Origin: Albugo candida
Lineage: Eukaryota
Assembly (NCBI GenBank): GCA_040437565.1
Contig: JBDOQK010000036.1
Span: 186,001 to 250,000 of the forward strand
Direction: 5' to 3'
DNA: 64,000 nucleotides
Shown one piece after another: positions 11,701 to 23,245 of the stretch (its first letter is position 1; each line of letters starts with the position of its first letter). A program made the position numbers and the translations under genes. A model generated the notes under the pieces. It did not search any database and was not told the origin of the DNA. It was given only the letters and a program-made list of their open reading frames with translations.

Positions 11701-14700
11701 GACGTACGACTCGTCTTTGAGAATTGCATCGCGTACAACAGCAGCACGAACAAATTTAATATCGCAGCGAAGCAGCTTTTGACACAATTTGAGAAAACTC
11801 TGACAAGCCTGAAATCTCAATTAGAGCGACAGCTTTGTCGTCGATGTGAGCAACGGCGAGAAGAAATGTGTCAGCTATGTGGAGGCGACTCGTTCAAGTT
11901 TGCTCCTTGTATGCTATTTTGCAGTGGTCCTTGTCGAGGTCGTATTCGAAGGCATACGCACTATTACAGCGATCCGCGAGGGGAACATCATTGGTGCTCC
12001 ACATGCTACAAACAGATGAAAGATGGTCCGATTGATCTCGCTTCTTTGCCCCAGCTTGCCAGTGTCACTTCCTCCACAAAAAACCTGCAAGAATTTGCCA
12101 ACTCGTTCGGATCTGAAAAATACAACAGCTCCGATCAAACTCTCACAAAGGCTGTGCTCGTCAAACGGAAAAATAGCGAAGTAGCAGAAGAACCTTGGGT
12201 GGAATGCGACTCTTGTAAACTGTGGTATCATCAGATTTGCGCTCTTTTCAATGAGCGAAATCACGCCATTTCGGGCGAACAGGAACCATTCGTATGTCCG
12301 ATATGTGTGAAGAAACAGCGAACTACAGGAGTCAAACCATCGATTGACAATGGGCTCAAGGCATCACGTTTACCAATCACTCGTATGGCCAAGGTGATTG
12401 AGGATCGAGTGAATCAAGCAATCAAGAAAGCCAACGAGGAAGAAGCCACACGAATGGGTAATCTCGGCAATCGCGAAAGTATCGGATGTGGGGCAGGTGT
12501 GCATGGAACGGAACTCAACTCCACAACACGATTGGCAATCACCGTGCGGGAAGTACTGAGTGTGGACAAATTGGTGCAAGTGAAGACAAGGATGGGTGCG
12601 TTATTGTCCGCACATTATTGCAAGCCAAAGTCGCCAAATAAGCAAATGGATGCACGACAACAATCGTTTGGGCAGAAAGCGACTAAAAGAAAGCGAGCAG
12701 CATTGCAGGAAGGCCCTAATGATCAAAGATCCGACTCTGCAGACGCTTCCGCTTTGCATCTGACGTATCGATCGCGCTGTATATGCGTATTCCAAGAGCT
12801 AGATGGAGTGGATGTACTCATATTCACGCTCTACGTTCAAGAGTATGGTCCAGAATCTCTGGCGCCGAATGCTGGTCGGGTATACGTATCGTACTTGGAC
12901 TCGGTCAACTACTTCCAGCCAAAAAAGTGGCGAACGTTGATGCATCAACAAGTAATGCTGGGGTTTTTGCAAGACAGCAAGCAACGCGGATTCCACACTG
13001 CGCACATATGGAGCTGTCCTCCGCTCAAAGGAGATGATTACATCTTCTTCTGTAAGCCCGAGAATCAGAAAATTCCAAAATCAGCGCGTTTGCGGCAATG
13101 GTATCATAAATTGTTGCAGGAAGCGAAAAAAGAGAAGATTGTTGTCAACATATCCAATTTATACGCAGACTATTATCTGAAGAAGAAAGAAGCGCATGAA
13201 CTACCGTACTTTGAAGGCGATTATTGGCCCAGGCTCGCCGAGGACCTTCTCAAGCAGCTTGAGGACAAGTCTGGACGCGGAGAAATCAATATCCGAGAGG
13301 AACTGGCTCATCCGAGTGATAGTGGACTGAAAGCAGATCCATCAACTCTGCCTACTGACGAAAAACAATCCAGACGGACGTCACCTGCGGCTGCGGAGGC
13401 CCGTCCAGAAAGAAGTGTGGAAGGCAACAATGCCTGTACTGGTAAAACCAATTTCATGACGAAAAGTAAGAAAAAAAGAGGACGCAAAACCAAGCGATCA
13501 GTACACTCTCCGAGAATCACTAGCCCTGAGCCTTCGATTTCTGATAGTGGATCGCAACCAGCACAAGGCACACGCAGCAACACGAAGAAGAAATCCAAAA
13601 AGCCGAAACAATCCCAATTGAATCGATTATCGACCTCGATCAAAGGCAAGGCGATCGTGAATCCGGATCCATTGATGCAAAAGCTCAAAGTCATCCTTGA
13701 GCCTCAAAAGGATGATTTTTTTGTTGTCGACTTGTACCCAAAGTGTCACAAATGCGGGACCCCAAATGTCAATCTACCTTACTGGGAAGTTTATACAGTT
13801 CCTCCAACGTCGACTGTCATTGAGCTCATCGATGCCGTTAAAAAAGCCCGTACTTCGTCAAGTGCACGGAACTCACCTCCAAGGCACTATCATCATTACT
13901 ACTGCTTGAAGTGTTATGAAGCCAACAAGAATCAAATACAACATCGGATCACCCAAGCTGAATGTGCTTCTATCTGGGCCGAGAATCTAAGCACAACAGT
14001 TTTCGAATCACAAGACAATGCTAATCGCATAGCAGACGTGGATCTCCAGGAGATAAAATACCGGCTACTTTTGAGGCATATTGATCCTATCACTGATCAA
14101 GCAAGAAAGCCTGTTCTAGCGTCTCCTACGGCGGACCCCACGCAGCTATCGCAAGACACAGGGCAGCAAAAGATAAAATGTGAGCAAGACGATTCGTTGG
14201 AAGAAATATCGACCACAGGCGATTCGGAGAAGCCATCTGAGAACTTGGTCGCGAATCTACACCGAGATTTAGATGATGTTCTCATGCCGTGTGAGATCTT
14301 CGACACCCGCGAATCATTTTTAATGTATTGTCAGAATAATCACTGCCAATTCGATCAAATACGACGCGCCAAACATTCTTCCATGATGGTGCTGTACCAC
14401 TTGTTCAATCAAGGGACTACAGGCTTCACATTTACTTGCTCTGGCTGTCGCTCACTACTGGCACATGGAAATCGTTGGAATTGCTCCGTTTGCCCATTGT
14501 TCAATCTCTGTGACGAATGTAATGGAAAAGTCAGACACCAACATCCACTTCATGTGTTTAGAGTAATCGCGATTCCAAGACTTACAATAGACGAACGAGA
14601 GGTAGAAATTGGCACAAAGGAGCAGGCCAGTATGAAGGGGTTGCAATTGTATGCAAAAGTCAAGAGAGACTCAAAGTTGAGAAGCTCGCACATTGAAGGG

Positions 14701-15345
14701 ATACAAAAGTCGACGACTTACAAAGAAGCTGATAGGAGCATCTCCAACCAGATCAAAATCGAGTCATTGACGTCACCGCGGACGCTTCAATCGGAACATC
14801 TTAGCAAGGCTGAGAACGCAAACAAAAAACGCAAGGTGTACCAGCAATCTCCACTTGCATCTCCAGCTAACCCACAAGGCTCAGGCGCTTTTGGCAGTCG
14901 GGAAAGCGCAACGATATCGAAAGTTGAGGCCACATTCCGGGGAAAAAGCTCAAATATGGATTCGAGTAAAAAGCTCAAAAGAATCCACAATGTCGACCCA
15001 CAGCTTCTTGTTCAGCTCGAACATGCCAGCAGCTGTGCAATGGCTGAGTGCACATTCGTCAATTGCCATAGAATTCAAGCGATGCTCAAACATGGTTCCG
15101 TCTGTGAGCTACGGGCAACAGGCTCATGCGTTTTATGTAAACGTATTGTCGGGCTATTATCAGCGCATGCACGTCAATGTCTGAAAGAGTATGACGCATG
15201 TCAAGTTCCTCGCTGCACAGACATTCGACGGCATCTTCACAAACAGATAAAACAACGACAATGGCAATCATTGAAAGATGCGGACACTCTCTCTCAGACG
15301 CACAATACGAGTGAAATGATAGAAGAGCATTCCGACATGAAGTGA
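8716..15345 (+). CDS. CBP/p300-family histone acetyltransferase; exons 8716-8826, 8895-9190, 9279-15345
   Basis: KIX-like N-terminus (IARRLEHNLYMTALSKEEY), Gln-rich tract and two TAZ fingers. Bromodomain (WAFNSPVDP..IPDYFDIIKCPMDL), RING/PHD and KAT11 core (VYVSYLDSVNYF, HIWSCPPLKGDDYIF, PYFEGDYWP). ZZ finger and C-terminal TAZ. Two GT-AG introns join the upstream ORFs in frame. Confidence 0.95.
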
Positions 15346-16516
15346 CCGAAGTATATTTTCGTTAATGTAGCAGCATGGGTGCGTGCAGATGCTACCAATT
15401 ATATACATAGTAGCTTTTTGTGGACGTGAAACCTAGCATGGGGTCGTCAACAGCTCGCAACGAGTTGCAGTAGTTTGTTGTATAGCAATAGAAGCATTTT
15501 GACGATCAAANNNNNNNNNNNNNNNNNNNNNNNNNNNNNNNNNNNNNNNNNNNNNNNNNNNNNNNNNNNNNNNNNNNNNNNNNNNNNNNNNNNNNNNNNN
15601 NNNNNNNNNNTTATATACATAGTAGCTTTTTGTGGACGTGAAACCTAGCATGGGGTCGTCAACAGCTCGCAACGAGTTGCAGTAGTTTGTTGTATAGCAA
15701 TAGAAGCATTTTGACGATCAAAAGGATTACCCAATAATCTTATGGTACTGTTTGCGCTCCAGAGAAATAAATTATAGGGCGATATAGACCAAGTATAGCT
15801 CGTAGAATGACGATTACTGAACCAGAATGCTTCATTGAAGTCAGCAATGGATTCTTGCATGACTAGTCGGGATCAACTTTTGGTTTCGTCGCCCCAAAAG
15901 CAATGCTATTATTGGCTGCAATGACGGATTCGCGCTTTTCTGCACGAAATCAGCGGATTGTACTCGTGATCAATGAGAGCCCTCACTTCAACCCATTCGA
16001 TTGTACTTGTTATGAATAAGAGAGCCTTTTGTCTGAAATGTCTCAGAATTGATGACATACTTTCACTGGTTCTGGGCTTTCGTAGCAAAAACGGTGTCCG
16101 TATCGGAATCAGTAGCCGTGTCATCCAAGCGTAAATCACTCTCAATCACGACGAGCAGTGATGATGTACACAAAGCTTCGAGAGGTGTCTGTATTTGTGG
16201 ATTGAGATGTATATACATGTAGCAAGGCTACGTAGCTGTTGGCTACGGCATATGCTCTCCAAAAAGAATCTCAACTTGCAATTATCTAAACGGGGGAAAA
16301 TTGTCAATCTCGACTTGAGGCTAAGCTCGTTTTCATCGTCTGCTGGGGACTAACTGAACGTCGCACCGTTGATTCTTATAAACAACATAATGCTAACCGC
16401 GCTGATTGACTGTGTACGGTCATATTTACTAAGCACTTGAAGAAGTGAAACGCGCTTGACAAAGTCAGTTAGCTAGTAAAAAAACTCGTTACTTCATGAT
16501 GCTTCGTTCAATTAAT

Positions 16517-17784
16517 TCAAGATATAAATTCTTCCAAGCCTTCATACATTATGATCCTAAAGTCTTCCAAGTTTTCTAGCAATTGGTTGCATGTACTGAA
16601 CAGGCTTTCTCGCATCTCACTAGGTACGCCGGTTAGACTTTCGAGAAGATTGCGAGTTGCCATCGGCTCTTGCAATATGCCATTTAGGATGTTTTCGTAG
16701 TCTTCAATCGAGAAATTTTGGGAATCGTTCCAACGAGCAGTGACGCATCTGATGACTGGCCTTCCTCCTCGAGCTTGCGTTTGCTACACCGATGTGTTTG
16801 TATCGTGCTAGGTACAGGAACTTGACTTCTTACCCCTATCTTCCTGTTTGCAATCGAAGCCAAAATGTTTCTCGTGTTGATGCCATTGGCATGCGGTGTA
16901 AAATTCCGTAGCACTCGATTATGTCGCGTCTCTTGAGGAACCCGTCTTCTTAGTTGACGTCGTACATACTGTTCTTGGCCAGATATGAATCGTACGAAAT
17001 TGCCACCGTTACAACTTCGCTGATGAACGATCCCGAAGCCATGAACCTTTGCTGTAGATTCCGGATGTGTCGTAAGACGCGCCTCGATGTTTCCAAGACG
17101 ATCTCGAACTGCTTCAATTCCTCCGTCCAGTGTACTCATGATCGTCCTTTGTCCCTGCACAATTCTGTTGACCATGCTTCGTTGAGACTCGATCAGCGAG
17201 TCAAGCCTTGTGTTGATTCCCAGGCGATCGTTTCGATGCTCCGTCGCCATTCGATCGATAAAGAGATCTTTCTCATTGAGGTTCTTCATCAGATCTTGAC
17301 TTTGCTTCATCAGATCTTGANNNNNNNNNNNNNNNNNNNNNNNNNNNNNNNNNNNNNNNNNNNNNNNNNNNNNNNNNNNNNNNNNNNNNNNNNNNNNNNN
17401 NNNNNNNNNNNNNNNNNNNNGCACAATTCTGTTGACCATGCTTCGTTGAGACTCGATCAGCGAGTCAAGCCTTGTGTTGATTCCCAGGCGATCGTTTCGA
17501 TGCTCCGTCGCCATTCGATCGATAAAGAGATCTTTCTCATTGAGGTTCTTCATCAGATCTTGACTTTGCTTCATCAGATCTTGACTTTGCTTCATCAGAT
17601 CTTGATTTTGCTTCATCAGATCTTGATTTTGCTTCATCAGATCTTGATTTTGCTTCCGCGAACTCTCCTTTTCCTCTTGAACTTGCAGGATGAGTCTCCA
17701 GAAGCTATCTTTTTCCCTTTGTAGTTGCTGGATTTGCTCTCTGAAGATGGCATTCTCAGCGCGGAGGACATCTGCTTCTGTCAT
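16517..17784 (-). pseudogene. Probable virus-derived gene: heptad-repeat coiled coil + DUF3627/BRO-C-like region, with apparent frameshift near the 3' end
   Basis: Intronless ORF 17784-16684 (~278 aa without gap duplication). Motifs HPESTAKVHGFGIV..FVRFISGQEQYVRRQL..HANGINTRN. A second, protein-like frame is open 16783-16517. Confidence 0.5.
17548..17656. repeat. 21-bp tandem repeat CTTCATCAGATCTTGAYTTTG, ~5.2 copies, encoding (QDLMKQN/S)n on the minus strand
   Basis: Directly visible; also breaks the assembly at gap 17321-17420. Confidence 0.95.
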
Positions 17785-17998
17785 GGTCAAATGCTGGCTT
17801 TTTTATTTTTGAAAAGCAAGGAATTTATATGATCTACAGTGTTCTTCCGTATAAGTATTATCTATCGAGCTGGGATAATAGTGTGCAGGACATCAGCAAG
17901 TAATTGGGCATAGAGGGCTTCTATACTTCTATCTTTGTGATATAATTATAAGCGAAATAGTACCCGTTATAAAAACTGAATGAACCTCGCATTTGGGA

Positions 17999-18030
17999 GC
18001 AAGAACGCAAGAACGCAAGAACGCAAGAAC
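17999..18030. repeat. 8-bp tandem repeat (GCAAGAAC)x4
   Basis: Four perfect copies visible. Confidence 0.95.
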
Positions 18031-18654
18031 GACTTCAATTCATTTCAGAGCACGACATGTGACAATAGGAATCATGATTTAGTGAGTAGAAAAATATATT
18101 GACCTTCACCACGGCTCGCATTCCATCTGGGTGCCGCGTTCACTGTATCTGCATAAGTCAGCAAATGTAGAAGATACTCATACTGTTAATGAATTAGTTC
18201 CCGTGCATTTCACATCTTTTCGGAAGCTTCAAACCAGGCCGGTGCGTTAATCAGATTATAGCTCCAACAGCGATTTGAAAGAGACTGCGGAGCTAAAATC
18301 GTGTGGATGGTGTCATTATCCTGCTGTAGCTAGCAAGTTATTCCAGTGCAAATAGCTGAAAAGCTTTAAGCTCAGCATGCGCAGTGTCTTGACGTTTTTG
18401 AAAAGTTATCAGCGACATCTTTCTTGTTAGGAGGAGTTTTCCAAGGAAGTGGCTGATGGCCCATCCAGATTTTTTTTCTCATCTATAAAGACGATGTTTT
18501 CTGCGCTACACTGCCATATAACATAAGCATGCCCTCTTGATCCTGATAGCTACCATATGCAGGGTGACAAACTAGCCTTTCCTGGCTAAATCCAGCATGC
18601 ATCATGTCGCGTTGGATGCCCCTAACATCGTCTTGCACCTGATCGTCACCTAGT

Positions 18655-20472
18655 TGTCGCGCGCTCTTTTGATCGCTGTTTTCATGTCAATTCTACCAGA
18701 GGTCTCCTTTTCTTGTAGTTAATTGTTCAGAAAAGCATTTGTCTACCCATTGGCTAAGAACAACATGTTATGTGGAGTTGTAAAGGTAAAATGGCATGGT
18801 GTCGATTGAACTTTAATCTGATATGGATTGAACAGCTCCGAGCTTCCCTGTGTGCATATCTGCTAGCTGGCGATATCCTACTTGAATTTGTCGTAGATCG
18901 TGCAGATCTTTACTTGAAATAGCGCTTCACTCGGTACTAGTGAATGCCCTGTGGTGGATGGAGCACATCGACGGTTCACAGCATATTGTAGATCCTATCG
19001 GATTTATTATGCTTCTACTACTTGGAAAGTGTTAAGGAGACTTAGAATTTCCTACAAATCACCATTTTACCAATCTCAGGGTGCTTACAAAAGGTTGCTG
19101 CTTCGTACCACATCTGGCCATATGATGCTTCGATAAGTTGTTTGAAAAACTTTAGAGCGTATTTAGCGCAGTATTTTCAGCCAATTAAATTTCCTCAGTA
19201 TCTATCGCATCGAAATTGCACCGCCAAAGTTGAATAAAACATTGAGAAAAGTCAAATTTGACCAAAGTTGAATCACTGGATAATTACTTATCTTCTGTAA
19301 AGCATTACAGTAAAGAGACTTGATTTAGACCAACAAAGTCCTATCATCCACAAACAGCTCCTAGAAAATAATGAATAGCGGGCAACAATCAAACATCGCA
19401 GGTACGTCTGGTCGACGAGGAGCTGCTGTGGCTGCAAGATTGCTTGGACGAGATGGAAGACCACACAATGAAGAAGCACATGCGGTGAGACTTAATGTGC
19501 TGAACAGTAGTGTNNNNNNNNNNNNNNNNNNNNNNNNNNNNNNNNNNNNNNNNNNNNNNNNNNNNNNNNNNNNNNNNNNNNNNNNNNNNNNNNNNNNNNN
19601 NNNNNNNNNNNNNTGTCGCGCGCTCTTTTGATCGCTGTTTTCATGTCAATTCTACCAGAGGTCTCCTTTTCTTGTAGTTAATTGTTCAGAAAAGCATTTG
19701 TCTACCCATTGGCTAAGAACAACATGTTATGTGGAGTTGTAAAGGTAAAATGGCATGGTGTCGATTGAACTTTAATCTGATATGGATTGAACAGCTCCGA
19801 GCTTCCCTGTGTGCATATCTGCTAGCTGGCGATATCCTACTTGAATTTGTCGTAGATCGTGCAGATCTTTACTTGAAATAGCGCTTCACTCGGTACTAGT
19901 GAATGCCCTGTGGTGGATGGAGCACATCGACGGTTCACAGCATATTGTAGATCCTATCGGATTTATTATGCTTCTACTACTTGGAAAGTGTTAAGGAGAC
20001 TTAGAATTTCCTACAAATCACCATTTTACCAATCTCAGGGTGCTTACAAAAGGTTGCTGCTTCGTACCACATCTGGCCATATGATGCTTCGATAAGTTGT
20101 TTGAAAAACTTTAGAGCGTATTTAGCGCAGTATTTTCAGCCAATTAAATTTCCTCAGTATCTATCGCATCGAAATTGCACCGCCAAAGTTGAATAAAACA
20201 TTGAGAAAAGTCAAATTTGACCAAAGTTGAATCACTGGATAATTACTTATCTTCTGTAAAGCATTACAGTAAAGAGACTTGATTTAGACCAACAAAGTCC
20301 TATCATCCACAAACAGCTCCTAGAAAATAATGAATAGCGGGCAACAATCAAACATCGCAGGTACGTCTGGTCGACGAGGAGCTGCTGTGGCTGCAAGATT
20401 GCTTGGACGAGATGGAAGACCACACAATGAAGAAGCACATGCGGTGAGACTTAATGTGCTGAACAGTAGTGT
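18655..20472. repeat. Gap-flanking duplication 18655-19513 / 19614-20472; assembly overlap
   Basis: Same ~860 bp on both sides of gap 19514-19613; gives duplicate ORFs 18951/19910 and 19371/20330. Confidence 0.9.
20134..20148 (+). promoter_or_regulatory. Oomycete-type CCAAT box upstream of the RING-H2 gene
   Basis: TTTCAGCCAATTAAA, ~180 bp before ATG 20330; resembles the TTTCAGCCAATCA motif described in oomycete promoters. Confidence 0.55.
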
Positions 20473-21412
20473 ACAGGAGGCAAGGGACGCTCGTAGCTCT
20501 CGCATTATCATGTGGGCAATCACATTTATCAGTGTACCGCAGATATTGGCATCTATAGTGGTTTTATCGCTAAAATGGCACACAAGGGAAAAACTTTTCT
20601 CAAGCGCTTGCTATCGTTTGCAAGTATGGGTTCTAGTACAGGCTATCCATATGAGTGTTGTTCTTGGGGTGGAATGGATTGTATATTATCTCAACACATG
20701 TTATACGAACCGTGTAATCGAGCTACGAGAACAATACATGCGGTATCTAGGGAACATCAAGTATGGTCTGGATTTGCTGGGCGTATTTTGGTTTCTTGTG
20801 GGAAATATGTGGGTGATTAGCGATGATGATGCCCAAAACGGAAAACCCGACGCGGCAAACGGCGAAAGACAAGAAGATGTTGCCCCGCTGAGTCCATCCC
20901 ATTGTGACTCGAGTCTCTATCAACTCGCCTTTTGGATGATTGTCATCACCTATGTCAAGATATTCCTTCCCTGCATTCTACTGCTCATACTTTTACCCGT
21001 GATTTGCTTTTGTTTACCATGCCTGATTCGAGTGCTCAGTCGTTTCCAGGATCCGATGCGAGGAAAAGGGGCGTCACACGAGGTAAATAAGAAATAGTGC
21101 TTGTGGATATAGCAGCTGACATCAATTCTTCCACAGACAATAGCGCGCCTGGCATGCACAAACTACAAGCAAGACATGTTTGCTCGAGACGATTGCAACT
21201 GCTGCATTTGCTTGAATGATTACGTCGAAGAGGAAGAGCTGCGTCTACTTCCATGCCGGCACCATTTCCATAAGCAGTGCGCTGATGAATGGCTTATTGT
21301 GAATGCAACCTGCCCGACTTGTCGATTATCAATTTACGAGACAGCCTCCGAGGACTCGGAGCAACAAGGGTATCGACTTGGATCACGAAACGATATTTTC
21401 CAAGTTGTGTAG
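20330..21412 (+). CDS. Multi-pass membrane RING-H2 E3 ubiquitin ligase; exons 20330-21082, 21137-21412
   Basis: Several hydrophobic helices, WFLVGNMWV and CFCLPCLI. C-terminal CCICLNDY..LRLLPCRHHFHKQCADEWL..NATCPTCR. In-frame intron 21083-21136. Confidence 0.9.
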
Positions 21413-21561
21413 TGGCAAGCACCAGAATCATCCGCTATTTATATCATTGTGGCGAAGGATCCTATCGTTACATGTCCAGCGAAATAGGCGTTCACCGTAT
21501 TTCGATACTGATTGTCTGATAAAATCAATAAAGTAAGTGGCAAGGATTTGTACTTGACTTC

Positions 21562-22681
21562 ATGAGCATACAAGCTTTCCACGAAGTTTGCAAAACACGA
21601 AGCAGACAGTATGATTTGGACTGTATTCTTTTTCTCGATCTTTCGAAGCTCGGATTGCGCTCTGTGATGGGGTTGGATTCATGTCGTAATCTCACAGTTT
21701 TGAATCTTTCGAGCAATTTGGTTTGTTGGATATATGTTCGGATCCATGACGTGCTGATTGTGATGCAACTGGTATTGATGCTAGCTATCCTCAGTAGAGG
21801 ACGTCTATTCCTTCTCGTATTTACAGAGCCTCAATTTGGCACAAAACCAATTAGCTACAATTGGTACGTGATCCAAGGCTACTGAGTACCAAGCTTATGC
21901 CCAATGCTGAATAACGGCATACATAGATGATATGTGCGATATGCCGATGATGGAGTCTCTCATCCTTGATGTAGGGTGATTGTTTGGGCATTTGCAGATG
22001 GCCGAGACTTACACAGTGTGTGCTTCAAGGGAAACAGCATTTCAGCTATAGATTTCAAGGAACTTGCAATAAAGGTATTGGATGCTCATGTTAAGGATCA
22101 GCGTGGACTAATTTCTTGAAAGCTTCCGAGATTGCAAAGGCTCAGTTTTGAAGACAATCCTCTTTGCAGGGATATGAACCGAGTCTTTAATATGATTTTG
22201 GACGCCAGATTCTCCAACCTCACAATCGTGAACGATACAACACTCGCATTCTGCAAGGTGGGTGATATTTTGCCAAGTATTGACGTCGCAGGAAGCTTGT
22301 AGACAATGTGATCATGTTACTAGAGAGCTGAAGTCCCGACGACTAGCTCGATTTCTAATGAGAGCTCGATGAAGGCCAAATTGAGAAGTATATGGACGCA
22401 ACTCGTGTTCATTCAATTATAAATGCACCCAATGTAGACGTCCAATGTGCGCCAGCTGATTTAGACTTGGAAGCTTTCATCAAAGATACAACGCGGAATC
22501 TGAGTGGTATTGCAGCCTTTCCTTCTCATAGTCAATGTAAATAACCTTTAAACAATCTTTAGAATCTTTGCAGCGGTTCGAGAAGAATTTTATTGCGGAA
22601 TGTGGCAAAGCGGCCGAGGGCCTACAGGGGCAGGTTCCAAATTCAAGCATAAATATCACACAAATAGAAGCGTCTGCTTAG
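21562..22681 (+). CDS. Leucine-rich repeat protein (LRRC61-like), ~8 exons
   Basis: Manual splicing gives LDLSKLGL..LTVLNLSSNLL..LQSLNLAQNQL..MESLILDGNSI..LPRLQRLSFEDNPLC (LRR cap). Stop TAG 22679-22681. Confidence 0.75.
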
Positions 22682-22709
22682 CAACCGACGCTGTAGAGCA
22701 TTAACAAGA

Positions 22710-23189
22710 ATGCTCTTGTTACAGTCACATGTCTACGTCGCATTACTTTCTTGCTTTCTCTACATGTATCAAGCTTATTCGGACGACACTTTTGATCCAT
22801 GTACAGTTTGGATGGATCGGGTGATAGTGCATGGTGCTGTGTTTTGTGTAGAAGGAACCCCATGTCGTGGTGCTGAGAAAGGCGTCTGTCCTCAAGAGCA
22901 AGAAGGTTTACCATATGGATCCTACTGCGATTTCGTCGATGACTCTTATCAGTGCATTGCTTATAACAAATCGCTTTCCGTGGATTCTTTTTGCATCGGA
23001 TCACCTTATGGTAAAAGAGTCGTTGAGGTATTGAACGTCGGATTCTTTTGCGCGAATGAAAGTGTTTGTGGTGGTAACGAAGACGGGAATTGCCCGATAT
23101 CACAGCCCGGGCTACAAGAAGATTCTTACTGCGATCGTATTAATGAATTTGGCTCGCTCGGTTGTGTTCCAAACGACTACCAAGGTTGA
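22710..23189 (+). CDS. Small secreted cysteine-rich protein with two internal repeats
   Basis: Hydrophobic N-terminus. Repeat unit V...G.FC....C.G...G.CP..Q.GL...SYCD occurs twice, resembling oomycete 'carbohydrate-binding protein' repeats. Confidence 0.75.
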   Translation: MLLLQSHVYVALLSCFLYMYQAYSDDTFDPCTVWMDRVIVHGAVFCVEGTPCRGAEKGVCPQEQEGLPYGSYCDFVDDSYQCIAYNKSLSVDSFCIGSPYGKRVVEVLNVGFFCANESVCGGNEDGNCPISQPGLQEDSYCDRINEFGSLGCVPNDYQG

Positions 23190-23245
23190 TACCAATTTAG
23201 CGTTTCATACATAAACGTTGATAAACAGCTAACAAAATCATTGCA

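Noticed and set aside
9395-15271. Numerous antisense and alternative-frame ORFs within long genes (also in SKI2, the EH protein and the acyl-CoA synthetase)
   Set aside because: Shadow ORFs of real coding sequence with no independent motifs.
17548-17656. 21-bp repeats as a CRISPR array
   Set aside because: Contiguous with no spacers, in-frame coding heptads, eukaryotic context and no cas genes.
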